IMG/VR virus record: IMGVR_UViG_3300021387_000648
Coordinates: 64,001-128,000 of that record
Origin: a virus
Lineage: Duplodnaviria > Caudoviricetes
Reading direction: 5' to 3' (one strand)
DNA length: 64,000 nt
In this document: positions 54,728 to 64,000 of the stretch, piece after piece
Layout: the number at the start of each line of letters is the position of its first letter
How positions within the stretch are numbered: the first letter of the stretch is position 1
Notes under the pieces: model-generated
Database searches by the model: none
The model's input: only the letters and a program-made list of their open reading frames with translations
What the model was told of the DNA's origin: nothing
Translations under genes and position numbers: made by a program

Positions 54728-55141
54728 ATGGCGATTTTAGGACCGACTTTCAAAGACCTTACGATGAAAGACCAGTTCATGACCTGCAACATTCACTTCG
54801 CGAGATTCAACGGAAACTTCCGGCGTGCTCAAATCTGGTTTGACAGAACGCTTGTGGAAAAGATGCAGCCCTTTGTACCACGTAAAACCGGCGAATACCT
54901 GAGAAAGATCAATCAGGAAAACGCTGGCAAGTGGGGAACCGGAAAGATCGTAACCACGGTCCCGCCTCAAGGTAAGCGGCTATATCCGGGAATCAACCCG
55001 AATACAGGGCGACCGTTCCACTGGACGAATCCGAACACGCAGCCGAGATGGGGAACTTACACCTATGAACGCTATAAAGCTGATTTCCTCAAGGGAATCA
55101 AGCATATCATAGTCAAAGGGGAGTATCCGAAGAATGGCTGA
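54728..55141 (+). CDS. minor capsid / tail completion protein
   Basis: M.PFVP.KTG motif; synteny. Confidence 0.6.
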   Translation: MAILGPTFKDLTMKDQFMTCNIHFARFNGNFRRAQIWFDRTLVEKMQPFVPRKTGEYLRKINQENAGKWGTGKIVTTVPPQGKRLYPGINPNTGRPFHWTNPNTQPRWGTYTYERYKADFLKGIKHIIVKGEYPKNG

Positions 55142-55634
55142 GAAACAGTATCAGCAAGATGTGGATGGTTATGAGGAAGTAACCAAGGCTCTGATGAACA
55201 TGGTCCGGAACTATCCGGGACTCCGCGAGGATGAGGTTGTCATGTTCAATACGGCAGAGCCGGAAAATGGGGTTACGGTATTTGCGACATCCGGTTCGTT
55301 CATCATGGATGACCATGAGAGCATAACCGGGCATGTTTGGCAGACCTGCCTGTATCCCTTTACGATCATTTATAGGGCTTCTGGATTGAACGAGCGCAGG
55401 AAGATTGAAGTTCAGGAATGGATGGACACCTTCGCAAAGTGGCTTACCAGACAGCCCGTGAATATAAATGAACACACAGAGTGGCTGAGTGACTGGCCGA
55501 AACTTACGGGAAACCGGAGAATCCGACAGATCAGCCGCCAAACGCCTGTCTACCTCAGTCAGGAGGAAGACAGCAAAGTAGAGAACTGGATCATGCAGCT
55601 GCAAATCCAGTATCTCAATGAATTTGACCGATGA
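55134..55634 (+). CDS. tail terminator-like protein
   Basis: Synteny upstream of the tail tube genes. Confidence 0.55.
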   Translation: MAEKQYQQDVDGYEEVTKALMNMVRNYPGLREDEVVMFNTAEPENGVTVFATSGSFIMDDHESITGHVWQTCLYPFTIIYRASGLNERRKIEVQEWMDTFAKWLTRQPVNINEHTEWLSDWPKLTGNRRIRQISRQTPVYLSQEEDSKVENWIMQLQIQYLNEFDR

Positions 55635-55646
55635 GGTGATGCAGAT

Positions 55647-56219
55647 ATGCTTGAAAGAAAATATCTCGTTCATTACGTCAAGGTGCCGACCAATGTTGAA
55701 GACTACGCGGAGAAAATCGGCACCACAAACGAAAGTCAGATTCAGTGGACCTGGGTTCGCATCGGTCAGCACCTCGAAAACTTCGCTGAAGAAATGAACC
55801 CGCAGGTCGATATCCGGAAGAACATCTGGGGTTATCAGACCGCAATCCACAACGGGTATCAGGTCAGCAGCAACGTGGACACCTTCTACGAGACTGACCA
55901 TGAATCTGACAACGACTACTATCTGGACAAATTCCTCGAAGCGATCGTGCTCCATCGCTGGCAGGGTGACATGTGCAGGACCGAGCGCGTTGACGCCCGC
56001 GTCTCTCTGGATGTCATCACGGGTGGAGTGATCAGTTCTGAGGCCGGAAACCTTCTGTGGGCATGGAAAGAGGATTGCTACCTCGTTCCGCAGTCTCACG
56101 GCGGCGATACTTCCGGTGCGCAGATTCCGTTCCAGATCTCCAACCTTGGAAACAGGGAAGATGTGACGACCAAGTTTACTGTCACAAACAAAGTCATGGC
56201 AATTGCGTCTGGAAGCTGA
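55647..56219 (+). CDS. major tail tube protein, paralog 1
   Basis: ERKYL.HY, E.MNPQV...KNI.G, PQS.GGDTSG.Q.PF. Confidence 0.7.
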   Translation: MLERKYLVHYVKVPTNVEDYAEKIGTTNESQIQWTWVRIGQHLENFAEEMNPQVDIRKNIWGYQTAIHNGYQVSSNVDTFYETDHESDNDYYLDKFLEAIVLHRWQGDMCRTERVDARVSLDVITGGVISSEAGNLLWAWKEDCYLVPQSHGGDTSGAQIPFQISNLGNREDVTTKFTVTNKVMAIASGS

Positions 56220-56248
56220 GCTCGCTTTACATCTGCAAAGCGAGGTGA

Positions 56249-56785
56249 GTGTCTTTGATTGAAAGAAAGTATCTGGCGCATTTTATTGACGCAAATCACG
56301 TCTACACGCTTGACGCGAGCAACCTGCCGAACAACTTCACGACTTCAACGAACTACACTCGCCTTGGCGAGCACCTTGAACAGTACAGCGAGGAACTGAA
56401 TCCTCAGGTGGACGTTCACAGGAACATTCTCGGAGAGCCGTATGTGATTCACGCAGGATACCAGCCGCAAAGCTCTGTAGATACTTTCTACGTCTCGAAC
56501 AAGCCTACTGACGCAAACAAAGCGCTCAGCGATTGGATTCAGAATATTGTGCTCGAACGTCTCACTGGAGACGATACGAGAACGACCATGATCGATGCAA
56601 TGATCGACATGAGTGATCCGACCGGTCTTGCTGTTTGGGCGTACAAAGAGGACGTTCTTGTCGTGCCGCAGACCTTCGGCGGAGATACGTCCGGTATACA
56701 ATCGCCTTTCCAGATCATCAAAGCCGGAAAGAGAGTGAAGGTGAAATTCAGCCTCTCCACTCTGAAGATTACAGGATTGGCGTAG
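56249..56785 (+). CDS. major tail tube protein, paralog 2
   Basis: Same motifs as paralog 1. Confidence 0.7.
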   Translation: MSLIERKYLAHFIDANHVYTLDASNLPNNFTTSTNYTRLGEHLEQYSEELNPQVDVHRNILGEPYVIHAGYQPQSSVDTFYVSNKPTDANKALSDWIQNIVLERLTGDDTRTTMIDAMIDMSDPTGLAVWAYKEDVLVVPQTFGGDTSGIQSPFQIIKAGKRVKVKFSLSTLKITGLA

Positions 56786-56871
56786 CAGTGTAGCTTGGGC
56801 CGGTTCTGATAAAGAATCGGCCTTTTAGCTATTTGTAGGGAAAAACCGATTCAAGAGGAGGTAATTGAATC

Positions 56872-57375
56872 ATGGATGAGCGCAAAACCGCAAACCTGAC
56901 GCCGGGTGAAGACGGCCTGTTCGTAGAAGACGGTTATATCAGGATACCGGTATATAACCAACTTAAGGAACAGATTGGAACATTCAAGTTCAGCCCGACC
57001 GACGTCAACATCATCAACCGGTACAACGAAGTGGCAGACAAGTTTGGAACGGTCGTGAAACCGCTTAGAAACACAAGCATTGATCCGAACGGCGAGGCTG
57101 CGGACGACGATTCCGTCAGGGCTCTCAATGAGGCCGAGGATGCCATGATCGAACTGTTCGACTATCTGCTTGGCACCGACTCCAGAGAAGCGTTTTTCAG
57201 TCAGGTGCACGTTTTCACGCCGGTCAACGGCAACTTCTACTGTGAGAACGTCTTCAAGTCCATTGGGGCTTATCTGGAAAAGAAATTTCAAACTGAACTT
57301 AACAAGATCGATGCCCGAATCGATAAGCATGTGCACGGGTATCGAACTGGAAGACATAGACGCGGCGACCGATGA
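56872..57375 (+). CDS. tail assembly chaperone
   Basis: Position between tail tube and Gp15/TMP. Confidence 0.65.
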   Translation: MDERKTANLTPGEDGLFVEDGYIRIPVYNQLKEQIGTFKFSPTDVNIINRYNEVADKFGTVVKPLRNTSIDPNGEAADDDSVRALNEAEDAMIELFDYLLGTDSREAFFSQVHVFTPVNGNFYCENVFKSIGAYLEKKFQTELNKIDARIDKHVHGYRTGRHRRGDR

Positions 57376-57941
57376 ACTATCGGCTTCCGCAAACTCTCAC
57401 CGTAAACGGACGGGAAGAGCCGATCCGGTGGGAGTATACAGCAGTTCTGGATGCTATTGCGGCACTTAATGACGGGGACCTTGAAGACTCGGAAAAGGTC
57501 CTCGCTTTTTTGTGGATTATCTACGAGAACTTTGAGCACTTCCACAGAGAAGACTATGCGCCTGCATTTGAGGCAGCTATGAACTTTGTGAACAACGATC
57601 TTGATGAACAGAAAAAAGACAACATCAAGATGGTCGACTTTGAACAGGACTTCAGGCTGATTGTCTCGGCGATCAACCGCGTGTCGGGAAAAGAGATCCG
57701 GGATGAGGACGACGTCCACTGGTGGACCTTCCTGTCGTGGTTTATGGAAATCGGAGAATGCACCTATTCAACGGTACTGAATATCCGAAGCAAAAGAGCA
57801 AAGGGCAAGAAACTGGAGCCTTGGGAAAAAGAATTCTTTGAAGAAAACAAAGACATCGTGCTGCTGCATCCGAAGCTTACGGCGGAAGAGCGCAGACAGC
57901 TTGAAGAGGATGAACGCATACTGAAAGAACTGCTTGGATAA
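57372..57941 (+). CDS. Gp15-family tail assembly protein
   Basis: DFEQD..LI, HWWTF...FMEIGE, IR.K..KGKKLE.WE. Confidence 0.8.
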   Translation: MNYRLPQTLTVNGREEPIRWEYTAVLDAIAALNDGDLEDSEKVLAFLWIIYENFEHFHREDYAPAFEAAMNFVNNDLDEQKKDNIKMVDFEQDFRLIVSAINRVSGKEIRDEDDVHWWTFLSWFMEIGECTYSTVLNIRSKRAKGKKLEPWEKEFFEENKDIVLLHPKLTAEERRQLEEDERILKELLG

Positions 57942-57964
57942 AAAAGCAAAGGTGGTGATGGCTT

Positions 57965-60412
57965 GTGGAAGATGCGATTACAGTAATGGCGAATCTATCC
58001 ACAAAAGGCTTTGAAAAAGGCACAAAAGAAATGACGCAGGCGATCAAGTCGCTGACCAGAACCGCGAAGTCTTTTGGTAGAACAATGCTTTCCACGATCG
58101 TCGGTGTCGGCTCGGTTATTGGTGTTCTGACGAAGTCCATCAGCACCTACATGTCACAGAATGAAGCGCTCAGTCAAAGGATGAACGCGATCTGGACGGC
58201 TCTCGGAAATGTACTCGGTCCTATCATCGAGCAGATTATTGAGTGGATTTCCACAGCGGTATCGTATTTTCTTGGATTCCTGCAATTACTTGGTGTTACC
58301 GGAAAGTCTGCTTCCGAACTGTCGAAGCAGGCAAAGAAGAATACGCAGGAACTTCAGAGAACCTTGCTTGGGTTCGATGAACTGAATGTTTTGCAGGACA
58401 ATACGCAGCAAGATAAAAGCAACCCATTGCGGGACCTTGAACCGTCCGAGTTCATGAAGAAGATTGCCGACCTGCTGAAAAACGGAATGTTTGAAGAGGC
58501 CGGAAGAGAGCTTGCGCGAAAACTGAATGAGATGATAGCAAAGATCCCGTGGGGAGAACTTGGCGCAAAGCTCAGATACTACTTCATGGGGCTCCTCGAT
58601 CTGCTTTATGGGTTCGTCGATGAATTCGACTGGAAGGCGCTTGGCGCAGGAATCAGGGACTTTATTGTAAACCTGTTTTCAAATCCTCAGGAGATTGCAG
58701 AGAAGATCATGCGGCTGATCAAAGCTGCATGGGATGCGGTGCTTGATTTTATCTGGGGCCTGTTCTGGGGCGATACGGAAGAGGAACCCCCTCTGATTGC
58801 AGCCTTCAGAAAGCTCGGCGATAAGATCTATGAGCTGGCTCAGGATATTCTTCCGATACTGGAAAGGCTGTATAACGACTTCATAAAACCGACTATAGAC
58901 TGGCTGGTAAATGAGGCGCTTCCGAAAGTTGTAGACTTTCTTACGAAGGTCGTAGATAAGATCGATGCGTGGATCAATAAGAATCCGGACAAAGCGGTAG
59001 AGCTCTTGAAAGGTGCTGTAGAACTGCTGATCGGTCTGAAAGTTGGTGCGTGGTTTAGGGATCTGATTACCGGAGCGACGAACGCAATCAAGCCGGTTAC
59101 AGACCTCGTAAAGGCTCTTGCAGGGGGCGGCGCTGGCGGTGCGGCTGGCGGTGCCGGAGCAGCCGGAAGTAGTGTTGCAGGAGCTTCCACTGCAGCATCT
59201 ACGGGGGCGGCTGGCGCTGCATCAGCAATTGGCGTTTTGGGCGCTGCGGCTGGCGGTGCTGCTGCTGGACTTGGAGTTTATGCTGTTTCTTTGTGGGATG
59301 CAAAACTCAGTTCGGATTATGCCAAAGAAGCGATGGATGAGACGGGCGGCTCTGTCGAACTGATGGCGCAGAAGATGAACGAATTCCAAGTGACCGCAAG
59401 TCATTTGGATGAGTGTATGAACGACACCACCGGATACACTACCGCACTTGGATGGAGCATGCAGGAAAGCAGATATGCTATGGAAGCATATAACGAATTC
59501 CTGCCGATCCTCGCCGAACAGCTTGGACTTACCACAGAACAGCTTCAAGCTCAGATTGAAGCCGCAGGCGGAGACGTTACGAAGATCGAAGCCCTCGGGA
59601 ATGCGATGGCTACTTCCGCGCAGGCGATGGAAGAAAACCGGGAGTCGATTGCGAAAACCAATGAGGAGTACAAAACCACATCTGGCGAAATCACGCAAAA
59701 CGCTCAGGAAATGGCTGCTGGCGTAAACGCTGCGACCGAGGAGATCAAGACTCAGACGGAAGCCAACACGGCAGCGGCAAACACTGCGGCAACCCAAAAC
59801 GCAGAGGCTATGAATCAGAACGTGTCTGGACAGTACAGCGAACTGGAAGGCGAGGCGGCGACCCACGCTGAAAACATTCTGACAAAGACCGATTCAACAT
59901 TCCAGCAGGTAGCAGGAAACGCAAGCATCTGGGGCTCAGATATGGTAGGCAACTTTATTTATGGTATTCAGTCGCAGATGCCAGCGCTCGAAGCACAGCT
60001 TCAGGCAATCGCGAATATGATCAACGCCTACATCCACTTCACAAAGCCTGACAAGGGACCTCTGGCGGACTTTGACACCTATGGCCCTGACATGATCAAG
60101 GAATTCGTCGGCGGCATTGAAAGCCAAAAGGGAAAGCTGGAACAGGCTATGACGGACATTGCGGAAACCGTATCGTTCCGGATGCCTGCTGTTGCGGGCG
60201 GCTCTGTTGTCCCGTACAGCGTGTCCAGCGCTGGCGGAGGCTCTGGCGGAGCGGACCTTGGAAGCATGATGGAACGGTTCATGTCTGCACTGGATACCTT
60301 CGAGGATTCAATCCAGAACATGCAGCTTGTCGCCCAGTTCGGCAGTTTCCGTGTCATCGCGGAGGCAGTGGAAAAAGAGATGCGGCGAAAAGCGAGATCC
60401 GAAGGGAGGTAA
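57965..60412 (+). CDS. tape measure protein
   Basis: LGFDELNVL, helical W/L repeats, IHFTKPDKGPL. Confidence 0.85.
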   Translation: MEDAITVMANLSTKGFEKGTKEMTQAIKSLTRTAKSFGRTMLSTIVGVGSVIGVLTKSISTYMSQNEALSQRMNAIWTALGNVLGPIIEQIIEWISTAVSYFLGFLQLLGVTGKSASELSKQAKKNTQELQRTLLGFDELNVLQDNTQQDKSNPLRDLEPSEFMKKIADLLKNGMFEEAGRELARKLNEMIAKIPWGELGAKLRYYFMGLLDLLYGFVDEFDWKALGAGIRDFIVNLFSNPQEIAEKIMRLIKAAWDAVLDFIWGLFWGDTEEEPPLIAAFRKLGDKIYELAQDILPILERLYNDFIKPTIDWLVNEALPKVVDFLTKVVDKIDAWINKNPDKAVELLKGAVELLIGLKVGAWFRDLITGATNAIKPVTDLVKALAGGGAGGAAGGAGAAGSSVAGASTAASTGAAGAASAIGVLGAAAGGAAAGLGVYAVSLWDAKLSSDYAKEAMDETGGSVELMAQKMNEFQVTASHLDECMNDTTGYTTALGWSMQESRYAMEAYNEFLPILAEQLGLTTEQLQAQIEAAGGDVTKIEALGNAMATSAQAMEENRESIAKTNEEYKTTSGEITQNAQEMAAGVNAATEEIKTQTEANTAAANTAATQNAEAMNQNVSGQYSELEGEAATHAENILTKTDSTFQQVAGNASIWGSDMVGNFIYGIQSQMPALEAQLQAIANMINAYIHFTKPDKGPLADFDTYGPDMIKEFVGGIESQKGKLEQAMTDIAETVSFRMPAVAGGSVVPYSVSSAGGGSGGADLGSMMERFMSALDTFEDSIQNMQLVAQFGSFRVIAEAVEKEMRRKARSEGR

Positions 60413-60418
60413 TAGTCA

Positions 60419-60796
60419 ATGACGGCAAAACAGAATAGCTATTACTTCTATATCGGGAACATCAATATTGCACCGTTCATTGAAGAATTCAAGTGGGAAT
60501 ACAACGATGTAGACGCGCCCAAATCCGGGCGTACACTTGACGCGGTCATGCACAGAGGAAGGGTGACGGACAAGCGGAAGATCTCAATCAAGCTTGTGCC
60601 GGTAACCCTTGCCCAGTGCACGAAGATCATATCAGCGCTGAGGACGCAGTATATAGGCATTAATACCAACATGCTTCCGGAAGGAGCCGTGTCATTCACC
60701 GCTTATAACAGTTCAAGAAACGGCGGCATTGGATTCATCGACACGAGCGGCGCGGTGATGAACCGGGACGTATCATTCAATATCATCGAGAGATAA
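60419..60796 (+). CDS. distal tail-like protein
   Basis: D...SGRTLD..MHR...SFNIIE; follows the TMP. Confidence 0.65.
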   Translation: MTAKQNSYYFYIGNINIAPFIEEFKWEYNDVDAPKSGRTLDAVMHRGRVTDKRKISIKLVPVTLAQCTKIISALRTQYIGINTNMLPEGAVSFTAYNSSRNGGIGFIDTSGAVMNRDVSFNIIER

Positions 60797-60811
60797 AAGC
60801 GAGGTGGACCG

Positions 60812-61558
60812 ATGCAAGAGGTAAACTCCACCTACCGAGAAATATTTGACAGCGGAGATTATATCTCCGAGGCCTATGTGGTTATAAACGGAGTAACGTA
60901 CCAGCAATCAAAGCTCTATAGCATGTGCACACGAAAGAAGCTCTTCAAAGAGAAAAAGCCCATGTTCGGAAATGCGATTGCAGGTGAGATTGAGATTTCG
61001 ATGGAAGACCCGGAACGGGAGATCCCGCGCGGGGCTTCCATCAAACCGTATTTCCGGCTGAGAAGCGGAAACAAGGTATCTCCGTGGTACCAGAAGGGCG
61101 AATTCTTCATCAATACCAGAGAAGCAGACGACGAAACAGGACGGCTTGAAATCTACGGCTACGATGCTTTGCGAAAAGCGGAAAGGGACTACCCGTCATC
61201 CACCCTGTCGTGGACAGCAACAAGCCCGAACGCTTACGCCGTCGTCAAAGAAATCGTCGCGCACATGTTCGGAGTCTCGTATTCAACAGTCAACGGCAGA
61301 CCGACAAACTATATTGAGCAGGACACCATAACAAAGCTGCAAGCGGCAACGCATATCATCGGATTCCCTGCACAGTATACGATGCGGGAAGTTCTGGAAA
61401 GCATTGCGACCATGTACGGTGGCAACTTCATCATGTCCGATACCGGCAAGCTCAGCCTCGTCGGATTTGTCGATATGCTGGAAGAGACCTTCTATCTTAT
61501 TACGGAGAACGGAAGACGAATTACCTTCGGCGGAACAAGAATTCTGCTAAGGGCGTGA
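60812..61558 (+). CDS. tail/baseplate hub protein
   Basis: G.F.I...I.GYD; T.REVL..IA..YGGN. Confidence 0.6.
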   Translation: MQEVNSTYREIFDSGDYISEAYVVINGVTYQQSKLYSMCTRKKLFKEKKPMFGNAIAGEIEISMEDPEREIPRGASIKPYFRLRSGNKVSPWYQKGEFFINTREADDETGRLEIYGYDALRKAERDYPSSTLSWTATSPNAYAVVKEIVAHMFGVSYSTVNGRPTNYIEQDTITKLQAATHIIGFPAQYTMREVLESIATMYGGNFIMSDTGKLSLVGFVDMLEETFYLITENGRRITFGGTRILLRA

Positions 61559-61575
61559 AAGGAGATTGATGCGGA

Positions 61576-63567
61576 ATGTCTGACAGCGTAACATTGGAAT
61601 ACGGGGCAGGTCAATTCAGCACCTCTCCAAAATTCGCGCCCTATGACATGATTATCCTTGCTCTGGATGAGAACAACTACATCTCAAGCCCGGGTGCGAA
61701 GATCCTTGAAGTAACCGATTCATCCGCCATGACTGATACCTCGAAAAGCTACGCCTACACAGGAAGTGAAAGAGGCTATACGGCAAACAAGTGGTATTCC
61801 TACAGCGGCAGCGCATGGGTTGCTGGAAGCAACTACACACCGTGGGCCAACCGGAATACGGGGACATACACCTTCACATGGAATACGACGCAAAACAAGT
61901 GGCGGTACAACACTTCGAGCACCTACTACACGACGGAGCAACTGTACTCCACCTACGGCATAGAGGTCCACTTCGCAAGCGTAACCGGATTCACAGACCA
62001 GCCAAAAGCCGGGGACGTGATTACGGTTGTGCTGATCAAGACGACAGACTCGAACGTCAATGACAAACAGAACGTTTCTTTGAACATCACCATGACCAGA
62101 AGCGGCACCTGCATGGAAGCGGCGTGCCCTCTGGTCAAACCAGCAGAACGTCAGTCCGTGGCGGACAACCTTCTGAAAGACCTTTATGGCTATGAGTATC
62201 AGCCGTATTCGGCGACAACAGCGATTGTAGACCCCGCTGCGGAGATCGGCGATGCAATCCATGCTTACGGATACTACAGCGGAATCTACGAGCAGGAATT
62301 GACCTTCGACTCCATGATGGCGTCGGATATCGGGGCCCCGTGGGAAGAAGAGGTCGACAACGAACTGGAATACGAGTCAAGCACGGACCGCAACTACAAA
62401 CGGAAGTTCGCTGACATTGCGGCGGAGTTTCTGATTAAGGCCGACGAGATTTCCGCACGGGTTACCAAAGAAGGTGCGGGGGACGGCTTTAGCTGGTCTC
62501 TGGTATACGACAGTTGGACGGTCAAAAAAGGAAATACAGAGGTCCTGAAGGTCGATGCGAACGGGCTTCATGTCACTGGCGATGGTACGTTCACAGGAAC
62601 GATTTATGCGAACGCCGGTGAGTTTACCGGTGACATCAAAGGCGGCACCATCCATATTGGAAACAACTTTTCTGTTGACATCAACGGAAACATGAGCGCG
62701 TCGAACGCCTCATTCAGCGGGTCAATTTCCGGTTCTACCATAACAGGCGGCTCTATCAATATTGGAGAGAACGGAAGCGGCGGATATAACTTTAGCGTGG
62801 ACCAAAACGGAAATCTTTCAGCAAACAATGGTACGTTTGCTGGGAGTGTGTATGCGAAAAACGTTGTATGGAGTCAAACTAATGCTTCATACGGTACTTT
62901 CAGTGGCGGTGGAATTACTCCAAGTTCAATTTATGGCACAGATACCGGTCCTCTCGTAGAAGCGGTTAGGCAGAGGCTTTCTTGGGCCAATGACTATAAC
63001 AACGCGACCGGACAGAATACAACGAATTTTCCTGCATATTTTAGAGCGGGGCACTTTACGACTCCAAACAGCTATTACGGTCCATCGTTCATTATTTCAA
63101 ACAGCAATGGATACAATGAGATACACTTGGAGTCGCATTACCATACATTTACAGAGAGCAATGGCACCATCAAAATCGGCGGACCGTCCCTGACACAAGG
63201 GTCTTTTAATATAGCCGATACCAAGACATATAAGGACATGGTATCGGCGCTTACTGTTTCGTCCTCACGGTCTACCGTTACTGCAAACGAGAGCAGCGAT
63301 GGCAAGTTCTATAACATCAATGTAGTTCTAAAAAATGCGGCAGGAAACCAAATCACAACTTTAGGTGGTAGTTCTGGAACGGGTGTCTGGTCAAATGGCT
63401 ATAGTGCAGGAGCACAAGATGTTAAAAATAGTGTATATGCCACACTATCTAATAGCGGATGGGAAGACCACGGATCTTATGCGTCGATTACTTATTATGC
63501 GAAAGCTTGGTATGGAAACACTCAACTTGGCATCACCCAATCTGGAACAGCAAAGTGGAATTATTGA
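61576..63567 (+). CDS. tail tip / receptor-binding fibre protein
   Basis: DPAAEIGD; GTF.G.I / F.VD.NGN.SA beta-repeats. Confidence 0.7.
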   Translation: MSDSVTLEYGAGQFSTSPKFAPYDMIILALDENNYISSPGAKILEVTDSSAMTDTSKSYAYTGSERGYTANKWYSYSGSAWVAGSNYTPWANRNTGTYTFTWNTTQNKWRYNTSSTYYTTEQLYSTYGIEVHFASVTGFTDQPKAGDVITVVLIKTTDSNVNDKQNVSLNITMTRSGTCMEAACPLVKPAERQSVADNLLKDLYGYEYQPYSATTAIVDPAAEIGDAIHAYGYYSGIYEQELTFDSMMASDIGAPWEEEVDNELEYESSTDRNYKRKFADIAAEFLIKADEISARVTKEGAGDGFSWSLVYDSWTVKKGNTEVLKVDANGLHVTGDGTFTGTIYANAGEFTGDIKGGTIHIGNNFSVDINGNMSASNASFSGSISGSTITGGSINIGENGSGGYNFSVDQNGNLSANNGTFAGSVYAKNVVWSQTNASYGTFSGGGITPSSIYGTDTGPLVEAVRQRLSWANDYNNATGQNTTNFPAYFRAGHFTTPNSYYGPSFIISNSNGYNEIHLESHYHTFTESNGTIKIGGPSLTQGSFNIADTKTYKDMVSALTVSSSRSTVTANESSDGKFYNINVVLKNAAGNQITTLGGSSGTGVWSNGYSAGAQDVKNSVYATLSNSGWEDHGSYASITYYAKAWYGNTQLGITQSGTAKWNY

Positions 63568-63589
63568 CAATAAGAGATAAGGGGAAATA

Positions 63590-63865
63590 GTGGTGACACT
63601 GAAAGCAAAAAACGGGAACGAATACGAATGCGACCTTTGTATCGAAAGCCGCAGCACGCAACGGCTGTACATTCATTTTGTTGGCATGACGCTGATGGAG
63701 GCGGTCATGCTTTTCGGCGGTCAGAACGTTCTGCCGTTTGAAGGATATCCGGAATATGTTGTTCTGGAATCAATTTCGGACGCGGTTGGCGGCGTCAATG
63801 TGGACCTGAAAAAGCGGGAAATCATAGAAGAACAAACGGAGGTAGAACATGGCGAAGAAGAATAA
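63590..63865 (+). CDS. hypothetical protein
   Basis: AAGGGG RBS. Confidence 0.6.
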   Translation: MVTLKAKNGNEYECDLCIESRSTQRLYIHFVGMTLMEAVMLFGGQNVLPFEGYPEYVVLESISDAVGGVNVDLKKREIIEEQTEVEHGEEE

Positions 63866-64000
63866 GTATTGCATGATTGAGAAGGGTTTGCTTGCAAACC
63901 TGATCGTCACATTGAAGCAACTGAATGTGCAGGGCTACGACAGCATGAACATGCTTGTCGGCTGCGTGTCCTTGCTTTCCGGAATGTATGAAAATGGCGT
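63849..64000 (+). CDS. hypothetical protein (partial, runs off the window)
   Basis: GGAGGT RBS; MAKKNKY... Confidence 0.5.
   Translation, partial: MAKKNKYCMIEKGLLANLIVTLKQLNVQGYDSMNMLVGCVSLLSGMYENG

Noticed and set aside
56872-57941. Programmed -1 frameshift in the tail chaperone
   Set aside because: The downstream Gp15-like gene has its own ATG coupled to the upstream stop, and no clear slippery heptamer is at the junction.
1-64000. CRISPR array, integrase, IS elements, reverse transcriptase/DGR, lysis genes
   Set aside because: No regularly spaced repeats or recognisable motifs are in this window; the phage lifestyle cannot be determined here.

Overview
The window is about 64 kb of a tailed phage genome, all genes on the + strand. 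The tail module is siphovirus-like and the RBS/promoters are Bacillota-like. Layout: (i) 1-17.7 kb early/accessory genes: AcrVA2/FinQ-like protein, Thg1-like guanylyltransferase, vWA + adenylosuccinate-synthetase-like pair, P-loop kinase, ADP-ribosylglycohydrolase, HD hydrolase, nucleotidyltransferase, AAA ATPase and two tRNA-Leu; (ii) 18.9-21.6 kb tRNA array with 13 tRNAs, two of them 8/4-fold tRNA-Ser, plus a tRNA-like element and structured spacers; (iii) 21.8-50.1 kb ParB/GNAT/ThyX, terminase, portal-Nudix fusion and a short MuF, interleaved with about 10 large 'cargo' genes; (iv) 50.2-64 kb DUF2213 protease/scaffold, capsid, head-tail and tail genes. Two observations stand out. First, eight cargo genes share an Arg-rich N-terminal leader (YRxRRxxRL) ending in an [R/H/K]-x-D-[A/S/G/D] motif that also occurs in the capsid, scaffold, portal and MuF proteins. 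They carry different toxin-like C-termini (RelA/SpoT synthetase, papain fold, JAB-like, zincin, ART-like, HD), and most are followed by small immunity-like genes. This suggests a MuF-independent, capsid-loaded, protease-matured effector arsenal. Second, the Thg1-like gene contains CTT-TAG-CTT exactly at its RLDG catalytic motif, which is the geometry of a translational stop-hop. All family assignments come from motif recognition by eye; no searches were run.
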